The notes under the pieces: generated by a model
What the model was told of the DNA's origin: nothing
Database searches by the model: none
Seen by the model: the letters and a program-made list of their open reading frames with translations, nothing else
In this document: one piece after another, positions 31,976 to 44,182 of the stretch
Layout of the letters: every line of letters begins with the position of its first letter
Position numbering within the stretch: position 1 is the first letter of the stretch
Program-made: the position numbers and the translations under genes
From: Entomortierella parvispora E1425
Lineage: Eukaryota > Fungi > Mortierellomycota
NCBI GenBank assembly: GCA_020891255.1
Contig: LC659289.1
Span: 1-64,000, forward strand
Length of the DNA stretch: 64,000 bases
Reading direction: 5' to 3'

Positions 31976-32057
31976 GGAAGAGTCGTCATGGGCAAGACAA
32001 AGTATTTGCTAAATCCTTAGAGATTCCTCTTTGTGGGTTCGAATCCCTCTTCTTCCG
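31976..32057 (+). tRNA. trnS: tRNA-Ser(GCU)
   Basis: Loop TTGCTAA, long variable arm. Confidence 0.88.
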
Positions 32058-32556
32058 TTATATGATAAGGATAAATGTATTAATAATTTCTATTGATTTT
32101 AAAGATTTATTTCTACGAATGGATTCAAAAAGTTTCTCGAATAATTAAATATAAAAATCTTTAAGTTAATAATATTCTAAATATTAGAATTGTTTTTTTA
32201 CATAATAAATAACCGAAAGGAAGAAAGGAATATTAATAATATATAATATATTTATATAATATTATCTTAATTCTGTTTGAATAAATTTTTTAATCAATTA
32301 TGAAATTAAAGTATTCAAAATAGCTGGAAAAGATCTTAAAATAATTAGAATTTTCTTTTAAAATTAATTATTTAATATAGTTTATAATTTTTATTTATAC
32401 TATAAGCTATAGTAGATTTTGTATAATATATTAATTATATAAATATGTTATTAAATAAATAATATAATTATATTAATATATAAATGTTATATTACATATT
32501 TTTATTAATAGAGTAAATAAATAAGTTTATATGGGTATTTTCAATAAATATATTAA

Positions 32557-32626
32557 AGGATCGAAGTAAAATTAATTAGGCATTTAAATTAAGTTTATAC
32601 AAAGTTAGTTCGAATCTCACTAATTT
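32557..32626 (+). pseudogene. Decayed trnP-like copy
   Basis: GATCGAAGTAAAATTAATTAGGCATTTAAATT parallels the trnP 5' half; T-loop GTTCGAAT retained. Confidence 0.6.
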
Positions 32627-32674
32627 ATAAAATCTTATTGTAAAGATAGTGTAATAATCAATAAATATATTAAG

Positions 32675-32747
32675 CGGGTCGAAGCCAAATTGGTCAGGCA
32701 CCTAAATTGGGTTTAGGCACTAGAAAGTTCAAATCTTTCCGACCCGA
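32675..32747 (+). tRNA. trnP: tRNA-Pro(UGG)
   Basis: CCTAA-ATTGGGT-TTAGG. Confidence 0.92.
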
Positions 32748-32859
32748 AATTATTAATAAAATTAAAAGGAGGGTATTAATCAATGTTTTGATTTAATAAT
32801 TTTATTTAATGGTATATTAATCTCCTACTATTAATGCATAAATATTTGCTTACTCCTTA

Positions 32860-33420
32860 GGAGTATTTAATAAGGTCTACGAATCTTTAAATAATTGTTG
32901 TGTAATGATATATCTTTTTATTGTTAAAGGAGAACAATTAAAATATTCGACAGCTTTTCTAATAGAGTTAAAAGTATAAGCAAAAGAACCTTGAGAATTA
33001 TAAACAAAAACAGCAGATGTACGATAGCCATCTTCATTTTAGATTCTGCTAAATGATTAAAACCGTACATTACATTATTTTCATCTTAACGGCTCAGACT
33101 CATTAAAGCTTTAGATTCAACAGTGTGAGTTTTTTCAAAATTAGGGTGATTTTCACCCGATTTGATTTTATTCATTAAAGCTTTTGAATTTTTTAAATGG
33201 ATAAATTCTAGCGAAGAACCAGCTATTAAGAGAACATTATACTCAGGTTTAAGGCAATAAATGTGATTCTGCTCGTGTTCTAAAATTAATTTTTTTTGCT
33301 TCATCTTTTGATAAATTACTTTTATCAATATATTCTATAATTGATAAACTAAAGGTAGAATGGTCATGTAAAAATAAAGCATTACTTATATATTGAATTT
33401 TATTATGACTTAAATGTGAT
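32860..33420 (-). pseudogene. Degenerate GIY-YIG endonuclease
   Basis: LILEHEQNH...PEYNVLLIAGSSL...NHPNFEKTHT. Confidence 0.75.
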
Positions 33421-34350
33421 ATTGAATAATATTGTCATTATATATACTAAACGGACATGGCCATCTTCAATCAATGACCATTAGTTAGTTAAAATTTGAC
33501 CGACTCGAGAATATTATTGTAAAGGATATTAAAAAAAATACTTTATTTTTAGTAGAAAAAATAAGATTCATTCGTTTTAAAACAATTTTGTTTAAATTAA
33601 TTAATCGTAGATAAATTAGAGAAATATAGATGATATTTATAATAGTTAATATAAAGATTAAAGGGCTCAACAAAGGAAGTTAATTGATTGATCGTATAAA
33701 TAATTGATTATATAAATAATTGATTTTTAAGTAATTGATTTTTAAATAAAATGTTAAGTGAATAAAATAGTTTATTTTTAGCGTTTGTGAAAATACAAAC
33801 TTTATTGTATCTATAACATTAGAAAAAAAATTTTTTTTGATTTTTGTTAAGGATTTTCAAAATGTTTATAATTTAAAGATGATCCTGTAACCTTAACTAA
33901 ATTATAGTTATTAGATTTATTTTTTAAAGACCAAATTAAGATAAAAATTTAATTTTATGGATTATTTAATACTTACTTTTTTATGTGATTATTGATTCAT
34001 AAGTTTTTTTAACTATTTTAAGATTATTTTATTTATATTTAATTAAAAAATCGGATATTTATAATAAATAAATATAATATATTATTATATTCCTAATATT
34101 TCATTATATTTAATAATAATATTTATTTTCAGTCTTTTAAGAGAGATTAATTATATTAAAATTATTGATTTAGATTAAAATGACTCGGCAATATCCATTG
34201 ATTTTAAAATACTTTTCCACTTTTAATATATTTTAAAATAATTTTATGGTTAGTATAAATATGGTAGATTTGAACTATAATTCCTACAAATAAAAATTTA
34301 CAACAGTTATCTTGTCTTTTCTTATTTTATATTTTTATTTTATAAATAAG

Positions 34351-34430
34351 ACCTGTTTGTCGAAATGGTATACGATGTCGAATTAAAATCGATTGCTTTT
34401 AGCGTGTGAGTTCGAGTCTCACAACAGGTA
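34351..34430 (+). tRNA. trnL: tRNA-Leu(UAA)
   Basis: GTCGA-ATTAAAA-TCGAT. Confidence 0.92.
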
Positions 34431-34444
34431 AATATTTTTATTAT

Positions 34445-34480
34445 AAAGTGTGTCAAATAAATAAGTACAATATTAAAATA
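34445..34480 (+). promoter_or_regulatory. Candidate promoter module AAAGYGTGTYAAATAAATAAGTAYAATATTA, also at 38318 and 60618
   Basis: Three near-identical copies, each upstream of a + strand ORF; core ATAAGTA resembles the yeast mt promoter ATATAAGTA. Confidence 0.5.
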
Positions 34481-34652
34481 CTTTTAATATATTCTCCTGT
34501 GAAGACGACCTTTTAGAATCCTAGGAGTTTGTTATTAATATATTTATATTATTAAGTCTAGATCTTTCAAGACTAAACTCTTTTTATTTTTTAGTAGAAT
34601 TTATAATAGAAGATTAATATTATTTTGGGAATAAAAATAATAATAAATAATC

Positions 34653-34916
34653 ATGAATTTATCAATTACTTTGTTTTTAATAGGAATTTTGGGGTTCATA
34701 TTGAATCGTAAAAATATTATTTTATTAATAATTTCTATTGAATTAATGTTATTAGCAGTAACTTTTATGATTCTTATTTCATCTTTTGCTTTTGATGATG
34801 CGATTGGGCAAGTATATGGTATATATATTATAGCAGTTGCAGGAGCTGAGTCTGCTATAGGATTAGGTATTGTAATTGCCTTCTACCGATTAAGAGGATC
34901 CATTAGAATAAAATAA
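34653..34916 (+). CDS. nad4L: NADH dehydrogenase subunit 4L
   Basis: LNRKNIILLIISIELMLL, AGAESAIGL. Confidence 0.98.
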   Translation: MNLSITLFLIGILGFILNRKNIILLIISIELMLLAVTFMILISSFAFDDAIGQVYGIYIIAVAGAESAIGLGIVIAFYRLRGSIRIK

Positions 34917-34991
34917 TATTTTTATTATTTTATCACTCCTTACTCTTTATACCGTTTTATAAATTAAGAGGAATTTAATAAAATAAATTTT

Positions 34992-35843
34992 ATGGAAAAT
35001 AATACAATATTTTCACCAATTGTATTTTATGATAATACAAATACCGATAAATCACGAATTTTATCAGAAAATAAAGGGAAAACTGGTATATATCAGTGGA
35101 CTCATAAAGAATCTGGTAAAATTTATATTGGTAGTGCAGTAGATCTATCTAGTTGTTTAAGTAAATATTATTCTCCTTTAAACTTAAAACGGTTAGATAA
35201 CTATATTTCTAGAGCTCTTCTTGTTTACACTCATTCTGCTTTTTCTTTATCTATTATTGAGTACATAGATATAACAGGTTTAACTAAGGAAAACGCTCGT
35301 AAATTAATACTTTCTAGAGAGCAATTCTACATAGATTCTTTAGTACCTCAATATAATATATTAAAAGTAGCTGGTTCTTCATTAGGTTATAACCACTCGG
35401 ACGAATCAATAGCTTTAATGAAAAAAATTCAAAAAAATATTGATAGATCGGGTGAAAAAAATCCAATGTTTGGTCGTACTGGTGAAAAAAATCCTTTTTA
35501 TAATAGAACTCATACAGCAGAGACTATCGCTAAGATGAAGGAAATTAATAAAGGTAAAATAAAATCAGAAGAAATAAGAACAAAAATGAGTGTCTCTCAA
35601 AAGAAGATCAATAATTTGGGTGAAAATAACCCAATGTTTGGTAAAACAGGTGATTTAAGTCCTGTAAGCAAAAAAGTTTATGTATATTCAAGTTCTTCTC
35701 CAAGTATTCTTTGTTATGAATTCTTATCTATACTAGAAACTGCTAAGTATTTTAATTGTAGTAATACAACTATTTCTAGATATATAAAGAATGGAGAAGT
35801 ATTTCAAAAAGAGTATATTTTATCTTTTTATCCTTTAATTTAA
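34992..35843 (+). CDS. Intact free-standing GIY-YIG endonuclease with NUMOD-like repeats
   Basis: GIYQWTHKESGKIYIGSA, REQFYID, repeated NPMFG. Confidence 0.9.
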   Translation: MENNTIFSPIVFYDNTNTDKSRILSENKGKTGIYQWTHKESGKIYIGSAVDLSSCLSKYYSPLNLKRLDNYISRALLVYTHSAFSLSIIEYIDITGLTKENARKLILSREQFYIDSLVPQYNILKVAGSSLGYNHSDESIALMKKIQKNIDRSGEKNPMFGRTGEKNPFYNRTHTAETIAKMKEINKGKIKSEEIRTKMSVSQKKINNLGENNPMFGKTGDLSPVSKKVYVYSSSSPSILCYEFLSILETAKYFNCSNTTISRYIKNGEVFQKEYILSFYPLI

Positions 35844-36208
35844 TAATTTTAAGGGATAATATGAATTTTAAATTCTTAATGTACATAATTAATTCACGTC
35901 ATTTTACAACTAAGACAAACTCCCCTTAAGTTTAATTTTTAATAGAAATTAAAAGTTAAATTATTACGTGGATCAATCCGGATTAAATAATTCTTTTCGA
36001 ATTATTTAATAATTAATTATAATTGTTTATATGAATTAATTAATAATTAAATAATAAATATTAATTATATAATAATTATTGTTACAATTATTAACATAAA
36101 TTTTTATTCTAATTGGATAATTAAATTCTTTATTAAGAATAATTTTTAAATTTTGATAATTAGAAATATCCCGTTTTATAAATAAAGAGGAAATTTATAC
36201 ACTTTATA

Positions 36209-38197
36209 ATGTATTTAGCAATTATTTTAATTCCACTATTAGGTTCTATATTTAGTGGAATGTTTGGTAGAAAATTAGGAGCACAAGGTAGCCAATTTAT
36301 TACAACCTTTGGGTTGATTTTTACATGCCTATTATCTTTCACAGCCTTTTATGAGGTAGGATTGAATCATTCGCCAGTATCTGTAGATTTGTTCTCATGG
36401 ATTGACTCTGAATATTTTTTAGTTTCATGGGGATTTACATTTGATAGTTTAACAGTTTCTATGTTAATTCCTATTGTATTTATATCTTCATTAGTACATA
36501 TGTATTCTATTTCATATATGGGAGGCGATCCGCATACGCAGAGATTTTTCAGTTATTTATCAGCCTTTACTTTTTGTATGTTATTATTAGTATGTGGAGA
36601 TAATTTATTAGTGTTATTTGTAGGTTGGGAAGGTGTAGGTGTATGCTCTTATTTACTAATTAGTTTTTGGTTTACAAGAATAGCTGCAACTAAATCAGCA
36701 ATACAAGCTATAGTTACTAATAAAGTAGGTGATTGGGGAATGTCTATTGCTCTTTTTGCAATTATTTTTGTATTTGGAAATTTAGATTATTCTAGTATAT
36801 TTTCTTTAGCTCCATATATTAATACTGATATTTTAACATTCATTAGTTTATGTATATTAATAGGTGTTATGGCTAAATCAGCTCAATTAGGTTTACATGC
36901 TTGGTTACCTACGGCTATGGAGGGTCCTACACCAGTTTCAGCTTTAATCCATAGTGCTACAATGGTAACAGCTGGAATTTTCTTAATGATAAGAACTTCA
37001 CCATTATTAGAATATAGTAGTACAGCATTAATAGTAATTACATGTCTTGGATCATTATCAGCGTTTGTTTTTGCCTCAATAGGATTAGTACAAAATGATT
37101 TAAAACGAATAATTGCTTATTCAACAGCTAGTCAATTAGGTTATTTAGGAGCTGTCTGTGGATTAAGTCAATATAATATAGCTTTTTATCATATTATTAA
37201 TCACGCTTTTTTTAAAGCATTATTATTCTTAGCAGCAGGTTCAGTAATTCATGCAATGGCAGATGAACAAGATGTGAGACGAATGGGGGGTTTAGCTAAA
37301 TTATTACCATTTACTTTTGTAGTAATGTTTATTGCTGCTTTAAGTAACATTGCTTTCCCATTCTTATCAGGATTTTATTCTAAAGAAATAATTATTTTAT
37401 CGGGTTATTCACAATATTCATTCCACGGGTCTTTTGCCTATTGGATGACTACCTTTGCAGCTTTATTTACTTCTATTTATACAACTAGATTGTTATATTT
37501 AACCTTTTTTTCTATACCTAATGGACCTAGAAATAATTATGAAAATACACATGAAGCTCCTTTCTTTATGGCAATACCATTAGGAATTTTAGCTATTCTA
37601 TCTGTAGTTTTTGGTTATTTAAGTAAAGATCTATTTATAGGTATAGGTACAGATTTTTTTGCAAACGCGTTATTTATCCATCCTAATCATATAATAATTG
37701 TAGACGCTGAATTCGCATTACCTCTATTTATTAAATTATTACCATCTATCTTAACTATCTGTGGATTTATTGGAACTTTATTATTTTACGAGTTTGTGCC
37801 TAATATCTTAGTTGAAATTAAATTATCTAAATTTGGTAGAATGTTATATACATTCTTAAATCAAAAATATTTCTTTGATTTAGTTTATTCTCGTTTAATA
37901 GGATTAGTATTAAACATTGGGTACATGACACATAAAGTAATTGATAGAGGAACTTTAGAATTAATAGGTCCAACAGGACTTACTAATTTATTTAATAATA
38001 CTAGTAAAAATATCGCTTCGTTAGATTCTGGATATATCCCTAATTTAGCACTTTATATCATTTTATCTGTTATTACATTAACAGGTGCGATCTTGTATTT
38101 AGACGACGCGCGTTTATTATTGATCTTTATTTCTACTTTATTTCTTCTTAACTCTCGTCATTTTACAACTAAGACAAACTCCCCCCTTTTTTATTAA
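36209..38197 (+). CDS. nad5: NADH dehydrogenase subunit 5
   Basis: GWEGVGVCSYLLI, AMEGPTPVSALIH, HAFFKALLF. Confidence 0.98.
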   Translation: MYLAIILIPLLGSIFSGMFGRKLGAQGSQFITTFGLIFTCLLSFTAFYEVGLNHSPVSVDLFSWIDSEYFLVSWGFTFDSLTVSMLIPIVFISSLVHMYSISYMGGDPHTQRFFSYLSAFTFCMLLLVCGDNLLVLFVGWEGVGVCSYLLISFWFTRIAATKSAIQAIVTNKVGDWGMSIALFAIIFVFGNLDYSSIFSLAPYINTDILTFISLCILIGVMAKSAQLGLHAWLPTAMEGPTPVSALIHSATMVTAGIFLMIRTSPLLEYSSTALIVITCLGSLSAFVFASIGLVQNDLKRIIAYSTASQLGYLGAVCGLSQYNIAFYHIINHAFFKALLFLAAGSVIHAMADEQDVRRMGGLAKLLPFTFVVMFIAALSNIAFPFLSGFYSKEIIILSGYSQYSFHGSFAYWMTTFAALFTSIYTTRLLYLTFFSIPNGPRNNYENTHEAPFFMAIPLGILAILSVVFGYLSKDLFIGIGTDFFANALFIHPNHIIIVDAEFALPLFIKLLPSILTICGFIGTLLFYEFVPNILVEIKLSKFGRMLYTFLNQKYFFDLVYSRLIGLVLNIGYMTHKVIDRGTLELIGPTGLTNLFNNTSKNIASLDSGYIPNLALYIILSVITLTGAILYLDDARLLLIFISTLFLLNSRHFTTKTNSPLFY

Positions 38198-38508
38198 AAT
38201 TTTTAAAAATAGTTAATTATTAACAATAATACGAGAATTTATTAAACAGTCTAATATATAATATTATCTCGTAATTAACTTTTAAGGTTTGAGTCTTCTA
38301 ATCTTTAATTTTACCATAAAGTGTGTTAAATAAATAAGTATAATATTAAAATAATTTAGTTATATATGTTAATAACTAATAGATGATTAATAATATTTTA
38401 GGAATAGAAATTAATATTAAAATATATGATATGATTACAATCATTTTTTTCAATCATCGAGTTATCGACGGGTTACTTACACTTAGCGGAGATTCAAAAA
38501 ATAATTAA

Positions 38509-39142
38509 AATGGAATTAAAAGGTAAACCTGGAATTTACGGGTTTCTTTGTAAAACTAATAATAAATTATATATAAGTTCTTCAAGTAAATTATCAGTTC
38601 GTTTTAATAAACATATAAATGGATTACAATCCAATGTTTTACTTCAAAATGCAATTAATAAATATAATTTGTAGGATTTTATTTTTGTAATTTTTGAATA
38701 TTGTGAGACAGATAAATTATTATCTCGAGAACAATATTATTTAGATACCCTTGAACCTGAATTTAACATCCTTAAAATAGCTGAAAATTGTTTAGGATTA
38801 ATACGTTCAAAGGAGAATAGAGATAAAATTAGTAAATTCTTTAAAGGAGTACCATTATCTGAAGAACATAAATTAAATATAAGTAAAGCAAGACTTGGTG
38901 AATTACATCCAATGTATGGTAAAAATCACTCAAATAGTACAAAAATCAAGATGAGTATTGCTAAAGGTACGCCTATTTTTGTATATTCTAGTGATAGTAA
39001 TACGCTAATTTATAATTTTACTTCATTAAAAAAAGCTAGTGAATTTTTTAATTGCTTAGATCATACGATTAAAAGATATTTAAATGGTAAATTGTTTAAA
39101 AAACAATGGATTTTAACTTCAAGTATTAGAGATTCTTCTTAA
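38509..39142 (+). pseudogene. GIY-YIG endonuclease with premature TAG, followed by a nad5 3'-end copy (39135-39179)
   Basis: MELKGKPGIYGFLCKTNNKLYI, REQYYLD, HPMYGK. Confidence 0.8.
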
Positions 39143-39317
39143 CTCTCGTCATTTCACAATTAAGACAAACTCCCCCCTTCTTATGGAAACATTTTTATAG
39201 TTAATATTGAAAATTATTAATAAATTAATATTGGACTTATTCAATAAAAAATAAGTTAATACTGATAATATAAAATAGATTAATACTTAAAAGTCAGTTC
39301 AGATTATATATTTTAAT

Positions 39318-39388
39318 AGGACAATAGCTTAACGTAAAGCTCTCTGCTCATAACGGATATGATGGAAGTTCGACTCTTCCTTGTCCTA
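39318..39388 (+). tRNA. trnI: tRNA with CAU anticodon, probable lysidine-type Ile2
   Basis: TCTG-CTCATAA-CGGA resembles bacterial/plant Ile(CAU); 5' end resembles trnI(GAU); ATA codons need a reader. Confidence 0.7.
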
Positions 39389-39913
39389 TTCTTCCACTAT
39401 TCTATATAAGAATGGTGATACATTATATAATATGCAGAATTTGTATATTATTAATTTATTTTTAAAATTTTTTAGACTTACTTTCTCAAATATCTGGGGT
39501 TGATCTAAGCTATAAGAATTTTGATTTTAAATTTATAAACAAACAAGTTTATTTGTATTACTTAAACGTATTAATTAAATTATAATTCATTATAATTTAA
39601 TTATATTATAATTCGTTTAAGTAATTATATGGTTAAATGTTAAACCCATAATAGTTATATAAATTATATAAAATGGTTATGAATATATTTGAATTAAAAA
39701 CCAATTTTATTTTTGTTATTTTGCACAATTTTATACGAAGTTTTTATTTATAATAAAAAAAATTAATTAAAAACTTAAAAAAACAAATAAAAATAATATA
39801 TTTCTGTAAAGAAATATACCTTTTTCATTCTTTTACGTTTCAGTAAATATAGTTAATTATTAGAATTTAATAATAAACTTTAGATTAAGGAATATAAAAA
39901 GAATTTAAATATT

Positions 39914-41221
39914 TTGAAACTTTTAAAAACCCATCCTTTTTTAAGTTTAGTTAATAGTTATGTAATAGATTCTCCTTCTCCTTCAAATATTTCATATTTA
40001 TGGAATTATGGAAGTCTTCTTGGTGTTGTTTTAGTAATACAAATTGCTACAGGTGTTACATTAGCAATGCATTATACGCCTAATGTAGATTTAGCTTTTA
40101 TTTCTGTAGAACATATTATGCGTGATGTTAATTATGGTTGGATGATAAGATATCTTCATGCTAATGGAGCTGCATTCTTCTTTATTTTTATTTATATCCA
40201 TATGGCTAAAGGGTTATATTATGGATCATATAAAGCACCAAGAGTAATGTTATGGTCAATAGGTGTAATTATCTTTTTATTATTAATAATAACAGGATTC
40301 TTAGGTTATGTTTTACCTTACGGTCAAATGAGTTTTTGGGGAGCTACTGTAATTACTAATTTAATGTCAGCAATACCGTGGATTGGTAATGATTTTGTAG
40401 AATTTTTATGGGGTGGTTTTTCTGTAGGTAATCCTACTTTAAACCGATTCTTCAGTTTACATTATTTATTACCATTTATTTTAGCTGCATTAGTAATAAT
40501 GCATCTTATTGCACTTCACGAACATGGATCAAATAATCCATTAGGAATTACTTCAAATGTAGATAGAATCAGATTCCATCCTTACTATAGCTTCAAAGAT
40601 TTAGTAGGTCTTTTTGTTTTCTTCTTCATATTTGCATATTTTGTATTTTTTAATCCTAATTTCTTTGGAGAAAGTGATAATTATATACCAGCTAATCCTT
40701 TAGTAACTCCAATTTCTATAGTACCAGAATTCTATTTACTTCCGTTCTATGCGATATTACGATCTATACCTCATAAATTACTTGGAGTAATTGGTATGGT
40801 GGCGGCTATTTTAATCTTATTAGTAACACCTTTCTTAGATACTTCTAGAATAAGATCTATGCAATTTAGACCGATTATGAAATTCTTCTTTTGGTTATTT
40901 GTAGCGAACTTCTTAATTTTAGGTTGGATAGGTGCTAATCACCCGGAATCACCTCTTGTTGAGATTGGTCAAGTGTCAACTATTTTCTATTTCTCTTATT
41001 TCTTGGTAATCTTACCAGTAGTAGGGATTATAGAAAATACATTATTCGATTTAGGAACTAAAACTAAATCAAACTCCCCCTTAACTGTAAAAATACATAA
41101 TGTAAATAAGTCATTTAATCATAACCAAACTAAAAATTTTTATTCATTTTCACTTTTATTAAATGAAAATAATAATATTCCAAATAATGGTAATGAGAAA
41201 TTAAACATTCAATTTAAATGA
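39914..41221 (+). CDS. cob: Apocytochrome b, TTG start, C-terminal read-through extension of about 47 aa
   Basis: [29 protein letters not shown]; no in-frame ATG before the upstream TAG at 39881. Confidence 0.95.
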   Translation: MKLLKTHPFLSLVNSYVIDSPSPSNISYLWNYGSLLGVVLVIQIATGVTLAMHYTPNVDLAFISVEHIMRDVNYGWMIRYLHANGAAFFFIFIYIHMAKGLYYGSYKAPRVMLWSIGVIIFLLLIITGFLGYVLPYGQMSFWGATVITNLMSAIPWIGNDFVEFLWGGFSVGNPTLNRFFSLHYLLPFILAALVIMHLIALHEHGSNNPLGITSNVDRIRFHPYYSFKDLVGLFVFFFIFAYFVFFNPNFFGESDNYIPANPLVTPISIVPEFYLLPFYAILRSIPHKLLGVIGMVAAILILLVTPFLDTSRIRSMQFRPIMKFFFWLFVANFLILGWIGANHPESPLVEIGQVSTIFYFSYFLVILPVVGIIENTLFDLGTKTKSNSPLTVKIHNVNKSFNHNQTKNFYSFSLLLNENNNIPNNGNEKLNIQFK

Positions 41222-41950
41222 TGGCTTATTGATAATAAACTGGCTAAAATTTATTTAAATAGTATTGAATGTATATAATATTATAGATTTAGAAAATAGA
41301 AATCTATCAGGTATCTATTTATGATTAAATAATACTAATGAAAAATATTATATTGGATCTCTAAAGACTTAGCAAAACAATTTACCAGTTATTATAGTGA
41401 AAAATCCCTTAAAAAAGTATCTTGTCTTATTCATAAAACTATTTTGAAAAATAAACACGATAAATTTTCTCTTTATATTCTAGAGTATTATAAGATTGAT
41501 GAATTATTTCAACAGAAGCAGTTTTATTTTGATTTACTTACCTCTCTTATAATTTTCTGAGATTAGTAAGGAATTCTTTAGGATTTAAACATGCGAAAGA
41601 AACTATAGCTAAAATTAGTAAGGCTAAAACAGGTACTAAATTTGATGAGGAATATAATAAAAACGTAATGAAATTAGTAAGGGATCAAAAAATCCCTTTT
41701 ATGGAAAATCTCACATAGCTGAGATTTTAATTAAATTTAGTGCATCTAAAATTGGATCAAAGAATCCTATGTTTGGTATTATTGGTGAAAAAATATTATA
41801 TTTAAAAAGTATATGTCTATGAAGATAGTAATAATTCTACGATTTTTAAAATATTTAATTCATATGTTGAAGCTGCAATATATTTTGATTGCCATGATAC
41901 GACTGTTTCTAAATACATAGATAAGAAAAAATATATAAAAGTAAGTGTAT
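41100..41950 (+). pseudogene. Degenerate GIY-YIG whose start is in frame with cob
   Basis: Decayed motif region, FSLYILEY, NPMFG. Confidence 0.65.
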
Positions 41951-41971
41951 ATTTTTATTTAGGGCCCTTTA

Positions 41972-42256
41972 GTAATCGGTATGGTTGCTGCCATCTTAAT
42001 TTTACTTATTACTCCATTCTTAGATACTTCTAGAATAAGATCTATGCAATTTAGACCAATTATGAAATTCTTCTTTTGATTATTTGTAGCGAATTTCTTA
42101 ATTTTAGGTTGGATAGGTGCGAACCATTCGGAAAATCCTTTAGTAGAAATTGGTCAAATATTAAGTATTTTCTATTTCTCTTATTTCTTGGTAATCTTAC
42201 CAGTAGTAGGGATTATAGAAAATACATTATTCGATTTAGGAACTAAAACTAAATAA
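41972..42256 (+). pseudogene. Displaced cob 3' end
   Basis: VIGMVAA...GTKTK*; TGG replaced by TGA at 42077. Confidence 0.92.
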
Positions 42257-42416
42257 GAATAAATTCCCTTCTCTCTTTCTTTCTAAATTTTTCCTAACTA
42301 TTTTTGTAGGTTATATATTATATAAAGATAATTAAATAAAAAAAAATTACAATTAAATTTTAATTTAAGTTATTATTAGTTAGTAAGTTCGATTCTTCTC
42401 AATTTAAAAATTATTC

Positions 42417-42489
42417 GCCCCGATAGCTTAATTGGTTAAAGTAGAGGTTTGAAAAACCTTTGACGGTTGTTCGATTCAACCTCAGGGCA
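42417..42489 (+). tRNA. trnF: tRNA-Phe(GAA)
   Basis: GAGGT-TTGAAAA-ACCTT. Confidence 0.92.
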
Positions 42490-43020
42490 AAAATAATAAA
42501 GTAAAAATTAAAAAAATCTTTTACAGTTGTTTGATTTATTCTCGAAGGAAATATCGTAATTAAGATTGACAAAAAAATTTATTTTTTATAAAGAAATCAT
42601 TGTATTTTTAAATAAAAAATTTTATTATTTAATAAAATATTTTATTAATTCCTAATAACATTTAATACTATACTTTAGTATAATATTTTAAAGTATAATC
42701 CTAAAATATATCTATATATAATAATCTAAATATATAATGTTTATCAGTTGTGAAAAGAAAACATTATTTTAAGAATATAAACAAGTTCTTCAATAAGGGG
42801 AAGAACTAAAAAAGTAAAAATATTAATTAAAAAACTTAAATTTATATAAATATTTTTAATAAATTATCAAAATATTTTGAATTATTTTAATTGTATTAAA
42901 TGAACATTATATAATTATATTGATAAATATTAGTTATTTAAAGAATTATAACTAAATAATTTTATATCTTTTCCAATTAAAGGTCCATGGTTTTATTGTA
43001 TTAAACAATAATAATAATAA

Positions 43021-43093
43021 GCACTTGTAACTTAATTGGAAAAGTATAGATCTTCTAAGTCTAGTAATAATGGTTCAAATCCATTCGAGTGCT
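43021..43093 (+). tRNA. trnR: tRNA-Arg(UCU)
   Basis: TAGAT-CTTCTAA-GTCTA. Confidence 0.92.
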
Positions 43094-43649
43094 TTTGCTT
43101 ATTTTAATTGTTTATAACTTACACCACCCGTAGGTATAATATTTTATCCGGGCACGAAGAGAGGAAATAGTTTTATAACTATTTTTATTAAAGAAGTTTC
43201 TTTTAAAGGTAACTAAGATTAATTTGCAATTAAGTTTGTAGAAGGGCTTATTATAAATTTAAATACTGTACTAATTCCATCAAGAATTATTTATTTCTTA
43301 TTATAAATTTCTATCGAATAAATTCTCTGAAAATTCTCTAATACTCAGGATAATATAATAATCTTCAGTATCTGTCATTAACATAACTAAACAAAATAAG
43401 TGTTAAAGTTTTAAAAATACCGAGACGAAGCCTTTATTTCAATATATCTATCTAAAATTTATTAGACTAATACTAAACTAATATTATTTATTTGTTATTC
43501 GTTTTCACAGAAATAACCTAATGATTAAAAAAAAATGTTAGCAATAATTAAACCCGAATCTCAGAGTTTTTTAACAACTTGTTTTTCTAATTTTAGAATC
43601 ATTAAGATATCTACTGTATCTTTAACTAGAGAGAAATATCAGTAACCAG

Positions 43650-44160
43650 GATTGGTTTATCTGATAGAAAAACAATAATTTTAATTACAGATTTACTTTT
43701 CTAATATTGCTATTTAGTGTTTATTTTATTAAAATATTAAGAGGGTTATTTCAAATAACTTTGTTATATTAAATCCTTAATTAAAACAGTTTAATTCCTC
43801 TGGAAGAATCTAATATATCTGTTTTAATATTTATATCTATATGGACTCAGTTGTTGATTAATTAAAACAATTTAAAGACTATTTTATATTATCTTTTATT
43901 TGTCATAAAAATAAAGGAAATAGCCACATTTATAATACAATTAAATTATATAGATATTCTACCTTTAGTTTATCAATTATAGAATTTATAAATATTACAG
44001 GTTTATCAAAGAAGAAGCACGTTTATTGATTTTACAGTGTGAGTAGTATTATTTAGATTTAATTTTTTAGAAAATGGGCCTAATACTTTTAATATTTTAA
44101 AAGTTACTGGTTTTATTCTTGGACTTTTTCATTCTGAAAGAACTAAAAATTAATAGGTTT
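43650..44160 (+). pseudogene. nad2 5' fragment followed by a GIY-YIG remnant
   Basis: TTTTCTAATATTGCTATTTAGT...GAGGGTTATTTCAAATAACTTTGTTA similar to nad2; then YSTFSLSIIEF and YYLD...NILKV. Confidence 0.65.
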
Positions 44161-44182
44161 AGCAAAATCAGGTCTTAATAAT

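Noticed and set aside
33485-33673. 62-aa hydrophobic ORF as atp8 or nad6
   Set aside because: No MPQL or Nad6 motifs; true atp8 is at 30522-30686
42077-42079. TGA read as Trp
   Set aside because: TGA at Trp positions occurs only in pseudogenes; functional genes use TGG and the Trp tRNA has CCA
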